55,564 nucleotides of DNA from Reclinomonas americana ATCC 50394. Lineage: Eukaryota. Below the pieces are notes generated by a model. The model ran no database searches. It saw only the letters and a list, made by a program, of their open reading frames with translations, and was not told the origin of the DNA. The stretch is taken from assembly GCA_048213135.1 (NCBI GenBank), contig PS015277.1:41233-96796 (forward strand). The letters are read 5' to 3'. This document shows, piece after piece, positions 13,101-23,458 of the stretch. Numbering within the stretch: the stretch's first letter is position 1; each line of letters opens with the position of its first letter. Made by a program: the position numbers and the translations under genes.

Positions 13101-13370
13101 CGATCGATCACCACAGTTAACAACGCGAACGTTCCACCAGACACACAAGCGATGAGAATACACAACTGCATTCGCCACGACGCGCACTTCCTGCTCGACC
13201 TCCTCAGGCTACACAGAACAGACACACACGAGTGAGGAACTCAACGAGCATGACAAGCAAGAGACCAGCGATCGCTCACTTCCTCAACGACCTCCTCCAC
13301 CAGCGGCTTGGGCTGGCCTGCGCATCATGATCACGGATAAGGATTCGCCTTTGGTGCATGACGACACATG
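1..13370 (-). CDS. Multi-exon giant protein: acidic/Gln/Pro-rich N-terminus plus at least 6 tandem kinesin motor(-like) domains; 3' end lies outside the window, start uncertain
   Basis: Six repeats of the kinesin motif order beta1 / P-loop / switch / L12-alpha5 / alpha6. Beta1 copies of domains 2-6: GDVKVVTRVR, GDIRVISRVRP, GDVTVAVLVRP, GALRVFCRVRP, GTVKVYCRVRP. L12 copies: YRESKLT, FRENKLT, WRESKLT, WRESKIA, WRENKLT, YEDSMLG. All five inter-domain joins can be read in frame, directly or across GT-AG introns. Confidence 0.85.
1530..2930 (-). other. Kinesin domain 5 (best conserved)
   Basis: LRVFCRVRPLN; SYGQLSAGKTHTMLG; DRSH; FADLAGSER; VNQSLNSL; WRENKLTMLLQ; VSPS...ETLNTLKFA. Confidence 0.92.
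3105..5225 (-). other. Kinesin-like domain 4 (degenerate)
   Basis: VTVAVLVRPF; YRFHRAY; MNGYGAAIFCAGSMDSGKA (exon about 4050-4170); GKLCFVELATG; APWRESKIAMVCRDCL; VAP...SRQTMIFG. Spans N-gap 4241-5060. Confidence 0.8.
5540..7495 (-). other. Kinesin-like domain 3 (intact P-loop, degenerate switch II)
   Basis: IRVISRVRPLN; FYGDAGSGKTFTLLG; SNRCH; GKLIFADLAAQ; WRESKLTMLL; CISP...TTQALRYG. Spans N-gap 6116-6815. Confidence 0.85.
7655..8840 (-). other. Kinesin-like domain 2 (degenerate)
   Basis: DVKVVTRVR; LDGRSSSVFAYGAKSGDK; GKVALVDLPTPE; FRENKLTHLVRDCM; ISP...EDNLLTMQFA. Confidence 0.85.
8995..10385 (-). other. Kinesin-like domain 1 (degenerate)
   Basis: YDYDRV; GHNRCLIFHGHVESGRG at the P-loop position (no GKT); CVDLVP at switch II; VRYRESKLTMFLKDFF; VAPT...EKTRQTLHFG. 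Confidence 0.75.
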
Positions 13371-13870
13371 CATGATTCGCGCGCACACACGAACCGCGAG
13401 CAAGTTGGCGTGACATCGCAGCTTAAACAAGAGTCGCAGAAAAACGAACTTTGCTCTTGCTCTGCTCTCTCGCTCCCTTTGCTGCAACACAAACAAACGA
13501 GTTGAGTGAGTGGGCGAGAATCGTGACAGAAAGATCAGTGCGAATCGCAACATGCAATGCACATCGCGCAAGACACAGAGACATGCTTATATAACGAGAT
13601 GGAGATAGAGAAGAAGAAGAAGAGCAGCACTGCATGTGCGTCAGTGTGCAAGAAGAGTGTGACAGTGACCGACATGGCGGAGAGGCACTGTGTGACACAC
13701 GCACATGCACACAAAGAGATGCAACGCGCGCTGAGTGAGCTGCACGCGGGGGACGACATGCACAGTGTCTGCGGGCGCGAACATGCACAGAGGCAAGAGA
13801 ACTGCGCGGNNNNNNNNNNNNNNNNNNNNTAATCCGTGTGCGAAACTGAAACCTTGGTGGTGTGTGGTAG

Positions 13871-16800
13871 GCTATGCGGGCTCGACTACTTGCACAAGCA
13901 GCATGTGTGCGTTATCAGTCGCTTTCCGTGACTTGGTGGTGTGCCTCGCTTGCTGACACAGACGACCACGTGCAGGGTGCATCGCGATCTGAAGGGCAAG
14001 AACGTGCTGATGGTGAATGGCGCCGATGGGACGGTGATCAAGCTGGCCGACTTTGGCTGCAGCACGCTGCTGTCGACTGGTCGACAGGCTCTGACTGCTG
14101 GTGTCGGCACGCCCGGTTGGACGGCTCCCGAGGTGTTCAAGGGCGTCGGCTACGACACCAAGGTCTGTATGTGTGTGTCTGGCGCATGTAGTGAATGTCG
14201 CGCGCCTCACTCACGCTATCGTGATCAGGTGGACATTTGGAGTCTGGGTGCCACCGTGCTCGAGTTGTTCACCGGGCAGGTGCCGTACTCGGAGCTCACC
14301 AATGTGGTTTGTGGTAATGGTGGATCGCGCTGCACCGTCCATCAACTGTGACACTTACGGCGACGACATTCACAGCCGGCCGTGATTTACAAAATGATGA
14401 CAACGGCAGAGCCGCCACTGATTCCGGCCGACTTGTCGGCGCTGGCCAAGGACTTTCTCTTGCAATGCTTCAGAGCGTTGCGTGCTTGCGCTGTTGTTCC
14501 TCGTCGTCCTTGCTTTGATTTCTCACAACGACGACAACAGAAATCCCGCCGATCGACCCACCGCCGAGGACCTCATGTTGCATCCGTTCATCACCAGTCA
14601 TCCACGCCACGCTGACGCCGGGCCACTGCCACACGCACCGGTTAGGATGCAGAGTGCACGTTTTGTCTGTTGCCCACGATGCACTCATCCCCGTCTCACA
14701 CATCACACAGCCGTCACTAGGCGGATCGGGATCCAGCTCGGGTGAGTCGCCGCCATCGCTCTTGTTTTCCCGCCTATCGCTGACACTCATCTACTTTGTG
14801 TGCTGGTCGGTGCAGGATCAGGCAGCATGCACAGTCTCATGTCGAACAGGAGAGGTGGGTCGCTCCAGTCTCTGCGTCCTCCGTCCCTTCACTCCAATCA
14901 CACCTCTCCGTGCAGTTGAGAGCTCCGACTTGATACACCAGATGCACCGAGTGGCCGCCATTCCCATCAACGTGAGCATCAGCCCCGTGGGTCGATCGCC
15001 CACTGCCTCGTCGTCATCCGCCGGCGATTTTCGAGTTGAGTGTGCTTCTACCGCATCGTCCTCTCCTCCATTCGACTCACGTGCTTCACTGCCCTCTTCT
15101 TGGCGCAGCTGTACACCTTGGTGCGCAAGGCACCGCATGCACCACGCTGGATTTTCCCGTCACACGCTGCCATGGCCGAGTCACTGATCGACAAGTTGGT
15201 GCACGACGGATGCATGCGAGGTGCGTGATCTCCGTCTCCTTCCCACTCTCCCTCTCTGTGTGCTCTGACACTGCAGGTGCACCAGGCGCGACTGGCATTA
15301 TTGTGATTGAGGGACTTGCCGGCTTTGGCAAGAGCACTCTTGCATCATTAATCATCGATCGCATGTGGGAGCGCAAGCTGGTGCGCGGACACGTGCTCTA
15401 CGTGGATCTGTGCGGTCATTTGGAGAGTCAGCAACATCGCACCAGTGCCAGCGCCGTGGAGCAGCTCTTTTTGCAGCTGAGTGCACCACGTGCCGAGTGG
15501 CTGCTGAAGCAGAACACGGAGCCGGCGGTGTTCATGCAGTCGTTTTACGCGGCACTGGCTGTGGAGGCGCCGGAGGAGCGCGCCGTGGTGTTTCTCGACA
15601 ATGTCGGGTCCGCCGAGCAGCTCAAGAGAATCATGCCGCGTGATATTACGCACGCATGTTGCGTGGGCAGAGACATCACTGCTGCCGTCGCTTTGTATGG
15701 CGAATTCTCACTGTGTTCGTGCAGATGGCGGCGCGTGCGGACCACTGTTTCTGGCCACCAGCCGACACTCCATCTCGCCGTCGCTGGCCGCCGACCTGCC
15801 GCGCGACGTGTCGCTGGCCACTGCGCGCACGGAGCAGCTCACCGAGGGAGACTTGACGGCGTTTGTCGAGTTCCACCACCCCGATGCCGACGAGCACGTG
15901 CGCCGCCTCCTCCTCTCCATGAAGTATCCGTTTGCACTCGGCACTGTGTCGAGGTGCTCCCTGTTATGCGTTGTCCTCATTGGCCTGTGTCTCTTTTCAC
16001 TCACGCAAGTATTTCCAGCGCACTGAAACGCGAAGGAGCCTTCTTGTCGTCGTCGGAACTGGAGGCTCTGTGTGCACAATTGAACCGCGAAGCCTTTGAG
16101 GATGTGCTGGACTCGACAGTGCGCCAGCTGACTCAACCACAGCGACGCGCATTGCTGTCGTTGGCTGCGGTGGAGCGACTGCCGGCCGTCAGCATGAGGC
16201 TAATTGTGGTGCTGGCGGCGGAGGTGGTGGATCCGCTGCCCTCAAGTGACGGTGCGGCAATAGCGACCTCACCGCGTTCTCGCGACACCATGGTGGTGAC
16301 GTACCTGCGTGGCTTGCTGGCCGATCACTCGCTTCATGTGGTCGAGCGAAACGGGCATTGCATCGTGGCGTGGTCGTCGAGTTCACCGGAAGACCGTGAT
16401 ACCGACCTGCCGACGTGTGTCACCTTCAACACGCACAACCTGTATCCGGACTACTTCCGCCTGCGGTGGCCTCGAGCGTTGGCACAGGCGCAGGGCACAC
16501 TCATGCGCCTCTTGTCGGCCCTCATCCGCAAGGCGACGTTGCAGGAGAAGGCCCAGGCGCAGTTGATGAGCATGTTTGGCGAGCACGTCAAGGCGCTGTG
16601 GGACTACTTGGCCGACGGCCGCTTCGACAGCGACTTGCCGTTCTGGCTAAAGACAATCGACGCGGTGTGCGAAGCAGCGCGAGTCACGCCAGCGAGATTC
16701 CGCGAGCGAGTTGGCGACGTGCTGCGCGCCATCTCCACGCCTGCAGTCACCAGCGCGATGGAGGCCGACGACAATGTGGCCGCCGCGGTGCACAAGTCGC

Positions 16801-18432
16801 GCAGTCTGCTGTACCATTTGGGCTTGGATGAACGGCAGTCGATGGAGGAGATGGAGGAGAGCTTGCGGCTGCGCATGCGCGCGCATCCCGGTGATTCTGC
16901 ACCGGAGGTGATTCAGGCGCAGCACGACCTCGCCACTGCGTGCCGCCGTTGTCCTGCGCATGTGGAGAAAGCAGTGGCCCTGTTCCGCGCTGTGCACGCT
17001 GCGCGCAGGGCGCAGTTGGGCGAGGTGCGAAAGTTTTCGAGGGTGCCAGGGAGTTTTAGATTAGCTGCACGAGTCACTGACTTTTGTACCAGGATCACTG
17101 CGACACACTCGGCGTGGCTGGTGACCTGGCCGAGGCCCTTCATTTGTCCGGCAACTTCCAGGAGGCCTCCAAGATACTCGTGTCGGTGGTGCAAAAGTGG
17201 CAGGCGTTGCACGGGGCAGCTGATCCACTGACGCTCACGGCACTCAGCCATTTGGCTTCCGTGTTGCGCTCTCAGGGCTTTTTGTCCGAGGCCGCAAAGC
17301 TGTACGAGAGGGTGCGTACTCTGTTCTGAGGAGGGTCCATCTCCTCATTCGCCAGCGTACTGAAAACAAGTGGCAATAGGTTCGTGTGGGACTGGAGACC
17401 GCACTCGGTCCGAATCACAGCGATGTGCTGGCCGCAATCAACAACCTGGCCACGGTGAGTTTGCACCCTGCACGAATGGTGCCGACTTTTGATCGTCCTC
17501 TCACTGTTCTGTGCGTGTGCAGACGTGGCGTGAATTGGGGCGAGTCGCCGAGGCCGTCACACTCCTCACGGACTTGGCCGACACGAAGCGTCGTTTGCTC
17601 GGCGCCGAACACCCGGACACGCTCACTACTTGTTTCGTGTTTGACGCCACGTCCATGATTACTGTATCGTTTCGTCGCTCACCCTGTCCACGCAGTGAAC
17701 AACCTGGCACTGGCCATGGAGGCACAGGAGCCACCGGACTTGGCTGGGGCGGCACGACTGCACGCCATGGTCCTCGAAACCCGCACACGCACACTCAGCA
17801 GCGCCCATCCAGACACGTTGCGTGACGATTGTTGGCGTCGCTGGTGAATGTGTGCCGCTCACGTGTATATATGATCGTCGGCAGTATCGTGTCGGCCAAT
17901 AATCTGGCGGTTCTCTTGCGACGGCAGCATCACCACAGTGAGGCCATTTCGTTGCTTCGGGAGAGTGCCGAACGCGCGCAACACATTCTGGGTCCCGACC
18001 ACCACTTGGCGCTTACGGTGCGCGCCAATCTGGCCTCTGTACTCGACGAGGCTGGATTTGTGGAAGAAGCCGTGGGGATGAACGAGGATGTGTTGGAGCG
18101 TCGGCGACGTGTTCTCGGTCCCCTGCATCCCAATGTTGCGTGCTGCAGGCTGGTGTTGTTTGTCAATGGTACGTGCCAGCAGCACTGACTGTGGTCAGCG
18201 GGTACAGACACTGGTATCCATGGTGAACTTGGCGTTGCTGTATCACGAGCGGCAGCAACGCACGGCCGACGCCATACCGCTCTTGTCGACCGTGCTCGAG
18301 GAGCGCAAGCGCACGCTCGGCGACGACCATCCGCTGACACGGGCCGTGCGCGTGGATCTCGAAAACGTGCGCAGCTCACTACCTGCCGCACCAGCAGCAG
18401 CACCGCCACCACCACCACCACCACCACCATAG
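13871..18432 (+). CDS. Multi-exon Ser/Thr protein kinase - NB-ARC/STAND NTPase - TPR protein (NLR-like); kinase N-lobe not visible, probably in gap 13810-13829
   Basis: Kinase: GLDYLH, HRDLKGKN, IKLADFG, GTPGWTAPE, DIWSLGATVLEL, RPTAEDLMLHPF. NTPase: IIVIEGLAGFGKSTLA (Walker A, about 15312-15335), VVFLDNV (Walker B), FLATSR. About 9 repeats of the LGxxHPDTLxxxNNLA type at 16880-18370, then poly-Pro and TAG at 18430-18432. Confidence 0.85.
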
Positions 18433-18551
18433 AAAGGGGACGAGCAAAGTAGGAGGCAAGGGGGGAAAAACAATAAGGCATTATAATCACGATTGTTTCC
18501 TCGCGCATGTTCCATTCGCATTGTGCCTTCTCCTCCACGAAGCAGCACATC

Positions 18552-19686
18552 TTAGCGGCGATAGCGGTGCTTCTTGAAGTTGAAGTACAGCTGCAGCACA
18601 CCGCGATCGAACGTGCATCGGTAGCCGCGGCGCGAGCTGTGCTCCCACTCCTTGTTGGCGATCTTGAACGCAATATCCTCGTACGGCGGGCCGGCTGAGA
18701 AGCGAATGGTGCACTCGTCGGGGTGATCGCCCGGCAGCAGCTGGAACACCGGCGTCTTGGTCTTGTCGATCAGATCCGGGTAGAAGATGTTGAACTGCGC
18801 AGCACAACGCGTGTCAGCACACATTACACGCTCCTTCCACACACAGTGGGTGAATCGACGCACCTTGTAGCCTGACACGGTCTTTGGCGGTGGGTTGTCG
18901 TGATCGTAATGCGTCTGGTTGTACTTGTTCCAGTCGAAGGCCGTGTGAATGCGGTTGAAGTAGCGCGGCTTGCGTGGTCGGAACTTGTCGAACATTGAGT
19001 ACCGCTGTTGATCGAGAGGGACTTCCTCCGAGAAAATCGCCTCGTCGTCCTCCATTGGACGCTGCGCCTCCACCGCATACAGCTCGTCGTCGGTCTGTGT
19101 GGAGAAGAGGCGGTGAGACATGGGGGCAATCNNNNNNNNNNNNNNNNNNNNGGGAGAGGGAGGGGGAGGGGAGGGGGAGGGGAGAGGGGGGAGAGAACAA
19201 ACATCAGGGAGTGACGACAAAGAAAGCAACGGCGAGACGAAGCGCATCGAACAGAAGAGAGAGGCACAACGTGCAGAGTGAATGTGTGTGCAAAAGCCGT
19301 GAGAATGGAAGAAAAGGGGAAAGAAACAAAGTAAGAAGTGACAAGAAAGCAACAGCAGAGGTGCGAAAGTGACATAAGAGAGAGAGAGAGAGAGAGAGCA
19401 ACGACGTGGGAGACACAATGTATGCGTGTGCATGAGAGAGAACGAGAGATCAACCACTCACCTGCTCCTCCGAGACAGAATCCGGGTCGAGTCCCTTGTC
19501 GCGCAACACCTCCTCGCGCTTCTTCCACTTGAACTGCGTGCGCAGGGAGCTGTCGGCCCACGGGTTGGAGTCGTCGGTGAAGCCGCCAAAGAGCGCGAGC
19601 TCATCGACGCGCTCCTTCTCCTTGCGTCGCAGCTTGCCGTCCTTGCGCTTCTGTCGCTCTTCGGGGGTCTCGCGAATGCGCTGCAG
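18552..19686 (-). CDS. CACTIN: Cactin (spliceosome-associated protein); partial, middle and 5' end lost in gaps
   Basis: C-terminal domain RPRKPRYFNRIHTAFDWNKYNQTHYDHDNPPPKTVSGYK|FNIFYPDLID...FSAGPPYEDIAFKI...LYFNFKKHRYRR*. Upstream exon 19461-19686 reads ETPEERQKRK...GFTDDSNPWADSSL...FKWKK. Confidence 0.95.
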
Positions 19687-20136
19687 TCTGTGAGTGGAGG
19701 GGGTGAGAAGCAGGAAAAGAGAGGAGAGGGTGGAAATGGGGAAGAGGTGAGCAAGGAAGGTGGGTGGGGATGGACACAGGAAGCGTGCAGTGCATCAAGA
19801 GCAGGAGAGGGTGACGACAAAAGAGAAAGTTGAAGCAAAAGGAGAAGCGAGACAGAAAGAGAGAGGAACGCGGACAAGGGCACAACGAAGGAGATCGACA
19901 GGGAGAGGCGACTGAGTAAGAGAAATCAGGAAGGGCAGAGACGTGACGAAGAGTGTGTGAGACGCAAAAGAACGAAGAAGAAAGAGAACAGGAGAGAGGA
20001 GAGAGGGAGATGGAGGGGAGACAGCGGGAGGGAGAGGAAGAGAACTGAGGGAAGAGAAGAGAGAAAAAGAACAGCAGACAGACAGAGAGAGAGAGATGGG
20101 AAAGAGAGCGGGAAAGACGAAGGAGAGACAGAGAAC

Positions 20137-20138
<2 letters not shown>

Positions 20139-20232
<94 letters not shown>
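20139..20232. repeat. (GA)n microsatellite at the end of a purine-rich low-complexity tract (19690-20244)
   Basis: Perfect GA dinucleotide run just before an assembly gap. Confidence 0.97.
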
Positions 20233-20233
<1 letters not shown>

Positions 20234-20489
20234 GACGACGACGANNNNNNNNNNNNNNNNNNNNNNNNNNNNNNNNNNNNNNNNNNNNNNNNNNNNNNNN
20301 NNNNNNNNNNNNNNNNNNNNNNNNNNNNNNNNNNNNNNNNNNNNNNNNNNNNNNNNNNNNNNNNNNNNNNNNNNNNNNNNNNNNNNNNNNNNNNNNNNNN
20401 NNNNNNNNNNNNNNNNNNNNNNNNNNNNNNNNNNNNNNNNNNNNNNNNNNNNNNNNTTTGCCCATGTGTACAACTCGAAAGTGACGCAA

Positions 20490-21005
20490 TCGTGTAGGAC
20501 AACTCGGTGTGTTGCGTCCAGACACGCAGTTGACCACTTTCGACAGGTGTAATCAACAACACAGAGGTAGTACCCTTCTTGTGTGATCGCTAGAACGCAA
20601 AGAGAGAGCGGAATTCGAAGTGCAGGACAACCTTTTGCAATTGTGTTTTCGTGCAAGCAGCAACTCGTCACCCTCGACAACAGCAGCAGCGACACCCTCT
20701 ACTAGTGAAAAAGGCAACACAGCGGCTGCGTCTTGAGTGGACACCAACATGCTGCAAGGAGAGAGCCACAGCGAATTCGAATTCGAAGTTCAGGACAACT
20801 CTTTGCAACTGTGTTTTCGTGCAAGCAGCAACACGGCTGCATGTTCAGTGGCCGAGAACAACGCCTCTGTATAGTGCACTCAGCGGCACAGCGGTACCGT
20901 CTTGTGTGATCGCCAGAATGCAAAGATAAAGCCGAATTCGATCGCGATATCGCGAAGTGCAGCTGCAGGACAACTCTTTGTGCTTGCGTGCAAGCAGCAG
21001 CTCGG
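20490..21005. repeat. Degenerate non-coding tandem repeat, unit about 170 bp
   Basis: Core caggacaac...cgtgcaagcagca at 20623, 20791 and 20966; cttgtgtgatcgc.agaa.gcaaaga at about 20577 and 20901. Confidence 0.75.
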
Positions 21006-21473
21006 CTGCATGCTGAATGACCGCCTTTGCTGATTCAAACAGCAACACTACTACACCGTCTTCGGTGAGCACCAAAAACTCGCGCGAAGTCGAAATCGAA
21101 GTGCGCGTTCACGGCCAATGCTGGCGTTTTCGCAGGCAAGATCTAAAGAAACCACAACTTGTTTCAAGCATGCAAATGGATATGAAGCCTTATCGACAAC
21201 GTTCTGAAAGAATCGCAGCGACGTTGCGCATGCGGTCGACGTCGATGGCGAATTCGCGATCGAAGCCGAAGTCACGCAGCGCTGCGCATGCACGCGCAGC
21301 GATTTCGATACATTTTGCTGCCTCTCGCTACAGCACAGATGCTCATCGCTCGCACCTGTCTACCTCGGCTGCCATAATTCGACAAACGCGTCATGCCTGG
21401 TTTCATGCAAAGCCTGTCATGTCCATTTCCGCCAACTCTTGTTGTCCGTCCCTTTTTTGATCACTTAGGAGCC

Positions 21474-23225
21474 ATGATCTTCACGCTCTGCTTTCTGTAC
21501 TCCTCTTCCTGGTTCTACGCGGCGGTACTGGGTGGCTCAGTGGCGGCCGGGGCGCTGGTGGGGGCGTTGCCCAATGGGACGCAGCGGGTGGAGTGGTCGT
21601 GGAAACGCTTCGCGAAATCGACGGGGCGCTTCCTCCTCGGTGGTCTCTGGTTCCCCTGGGGATTTACTGTGCAAGTATACTTTGCCCCACTTGGGATTCT
21701 TGGCGAAATGGCCGGGGAGGCGGTCATGGAAGTGCACGGGGAGATGGAAACCCAACGTGCTCATGTTGAAGAGCACAAGAAGAAACTTGCAGCCGCCGCC
21801 TCAGTCACACACCAGGCGCGTGAGATGGCACAACTGGTGACTGAACTGCAAGCCGAGGACGAGGCTCACTTTGGCCTCCACAGTGTTCCATCTCGGTGGC
21901 GCTGCTCTCTGACAGGAGTGGTGAGTGGCAGAGACTGATTTGTCTCTCCTGTCTGGTGCAAATTATGAGTGGCCTCACGTTCGTTGTGCACACACAGGTC
22001 ATGCGCACTCCAGTCTCTGTAAATGGCCAGGAGGCACGGTGCGAGCGGCTGTGCTTGGAGCTGGTATTCGCAGAGTTCCTGGCGCTCGGAGTGGTGCTGC
22101 GCGATCCGGCTACTGGTGAGCCGATGCGTCTCGACCAGCTTGCGCAGACAGTCAAGCACGATGAAGTATTGTGCGAGGAGATTCGGCGCGGACGCGAAAG
22201 GGCCCGCGAGGCCGATGGGTGGGACGTGCTGTTGGACGCTGACGAATTCGCCGTGGTCGACGATGACGACGATGCCGGCGCACGTGTCGAGGCGCTGCGC
22301 CAAGCACACACGCGTCACTGGCTGCGCGAGATTGCCTCCGCGCACGTTGAAGTGCCACCTGCGGATGCTGACGAAGACGGTGAGGGAGAAGGCGCAGGCG
22401 CAGGCGAGTGGGTGTTGTTGCGCTCGGACGCCTTCACCAGACCGGCGGTGACCTGCGCCACCCAGGCACGAGAGCTGGCCAACAAACTGATGCTCGGCGC
22501 CGAGGCCTACATCATCCACAACGCAGAGATCAGACCCAAAGAGCGCTGCCGAGACTGCGGTGACTCTGACTGGTGTCTCGGCTATCGACTGCCGTGCGGT
22601 CACGTGATGTGCCGTCAGTGGTGCGTCAAACGCTGCCGCCTGCGCAATCGCTGTCTCCTCGCACTCACTCACATACACTCTTTCCTACCACAGCATCGCA
22701 GACATGGTACCAGCTAACGAAGCAGTAATGGTGGTCGACCTCGATCGTGACCTCGATCACGAGGCGGGCGACCTGACATGCGCTGCAGTGGGGTGCAATC
22801 GAGGTACGTCTGAAGCAGGCACTCTCCGCTTGTACTCGCCTCCCTGCTCACTCCTACCTCTGTGCAGGCATTCCGTGGATCGTCATGTACCATGCAAGCG
22901 ACCTCGGCTGCGCACATCGCGAATACATGGACGCCGAGAAAGCTGTGCAAGTCACACACGAAATGATGGATCGATTGCACGATGGAGGAGAAGAAGAGGA
23001 GGAAGAAGAAGAACGGGAACAGAAGGAGGAGGAGGATGAACAAGAAGATGAGGAGCCCATGGTGCGACCACTATGCCTGGTAGATGTCGTCCTGCGCTGC
23101 TTCGTTGCCGAAGAAGCGCGACTGATTTTGCTGCGCGAGTCTGTCGCCGATTGAGAGTGAAGCTGTTTGCATGCTGTAAGAGTTGTTGAGTCGCATGTTT
23201 GCAGGAGAAGACCTTGTCGGCACTG
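21474..23225 (+). CDS. Putative membrane-anchored E3 ubiquitin ligase with U-box-like and RING-like domains (start and last exon uncertain)
   Basis: Hydrophobic Gly-rich N-terminus. U-box-like VPSRWRCSLTGV|VMRTPV...CERLCLE...DPATGEPM...L across intron 21921-21997. RING-like CRDC...LPCGHVMCRQC|I...LTCAAVGC across intron 22621-22693. Acidic tract near the C-terminus. Confidence 0.65.
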
Positions 23226-23458
23226 AACTACAGTGCCGGAAACGCCAGCGTTACCGACACTTCCTCTCTTCCCCGCACGTGGCGCGTCTCCATCAGCAGC
23301 AGTCGCACGCACAGACCACCACACAACGCAAACAGCATCGCGCACACACCCTCCCTGCACTCCTCTCTCACTTCCTCTCGCCGAATGACGCAAAAAATCA
23401 CCCGCGAAAATTCGAGCCCGTTTAAAATCACGATTGTGGCTGGCGTTGAGAGCGCAAC

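Noticed and set aside
16880-18370. HPDT-type TPRs as a kinesin light chain partnered with the neighbouring kinesin gene
   Set aside because: These repeats are fused to a kinase and NB-ARC domain and are common in STAND-TPR proteins; adjacency alone shows no functional link.
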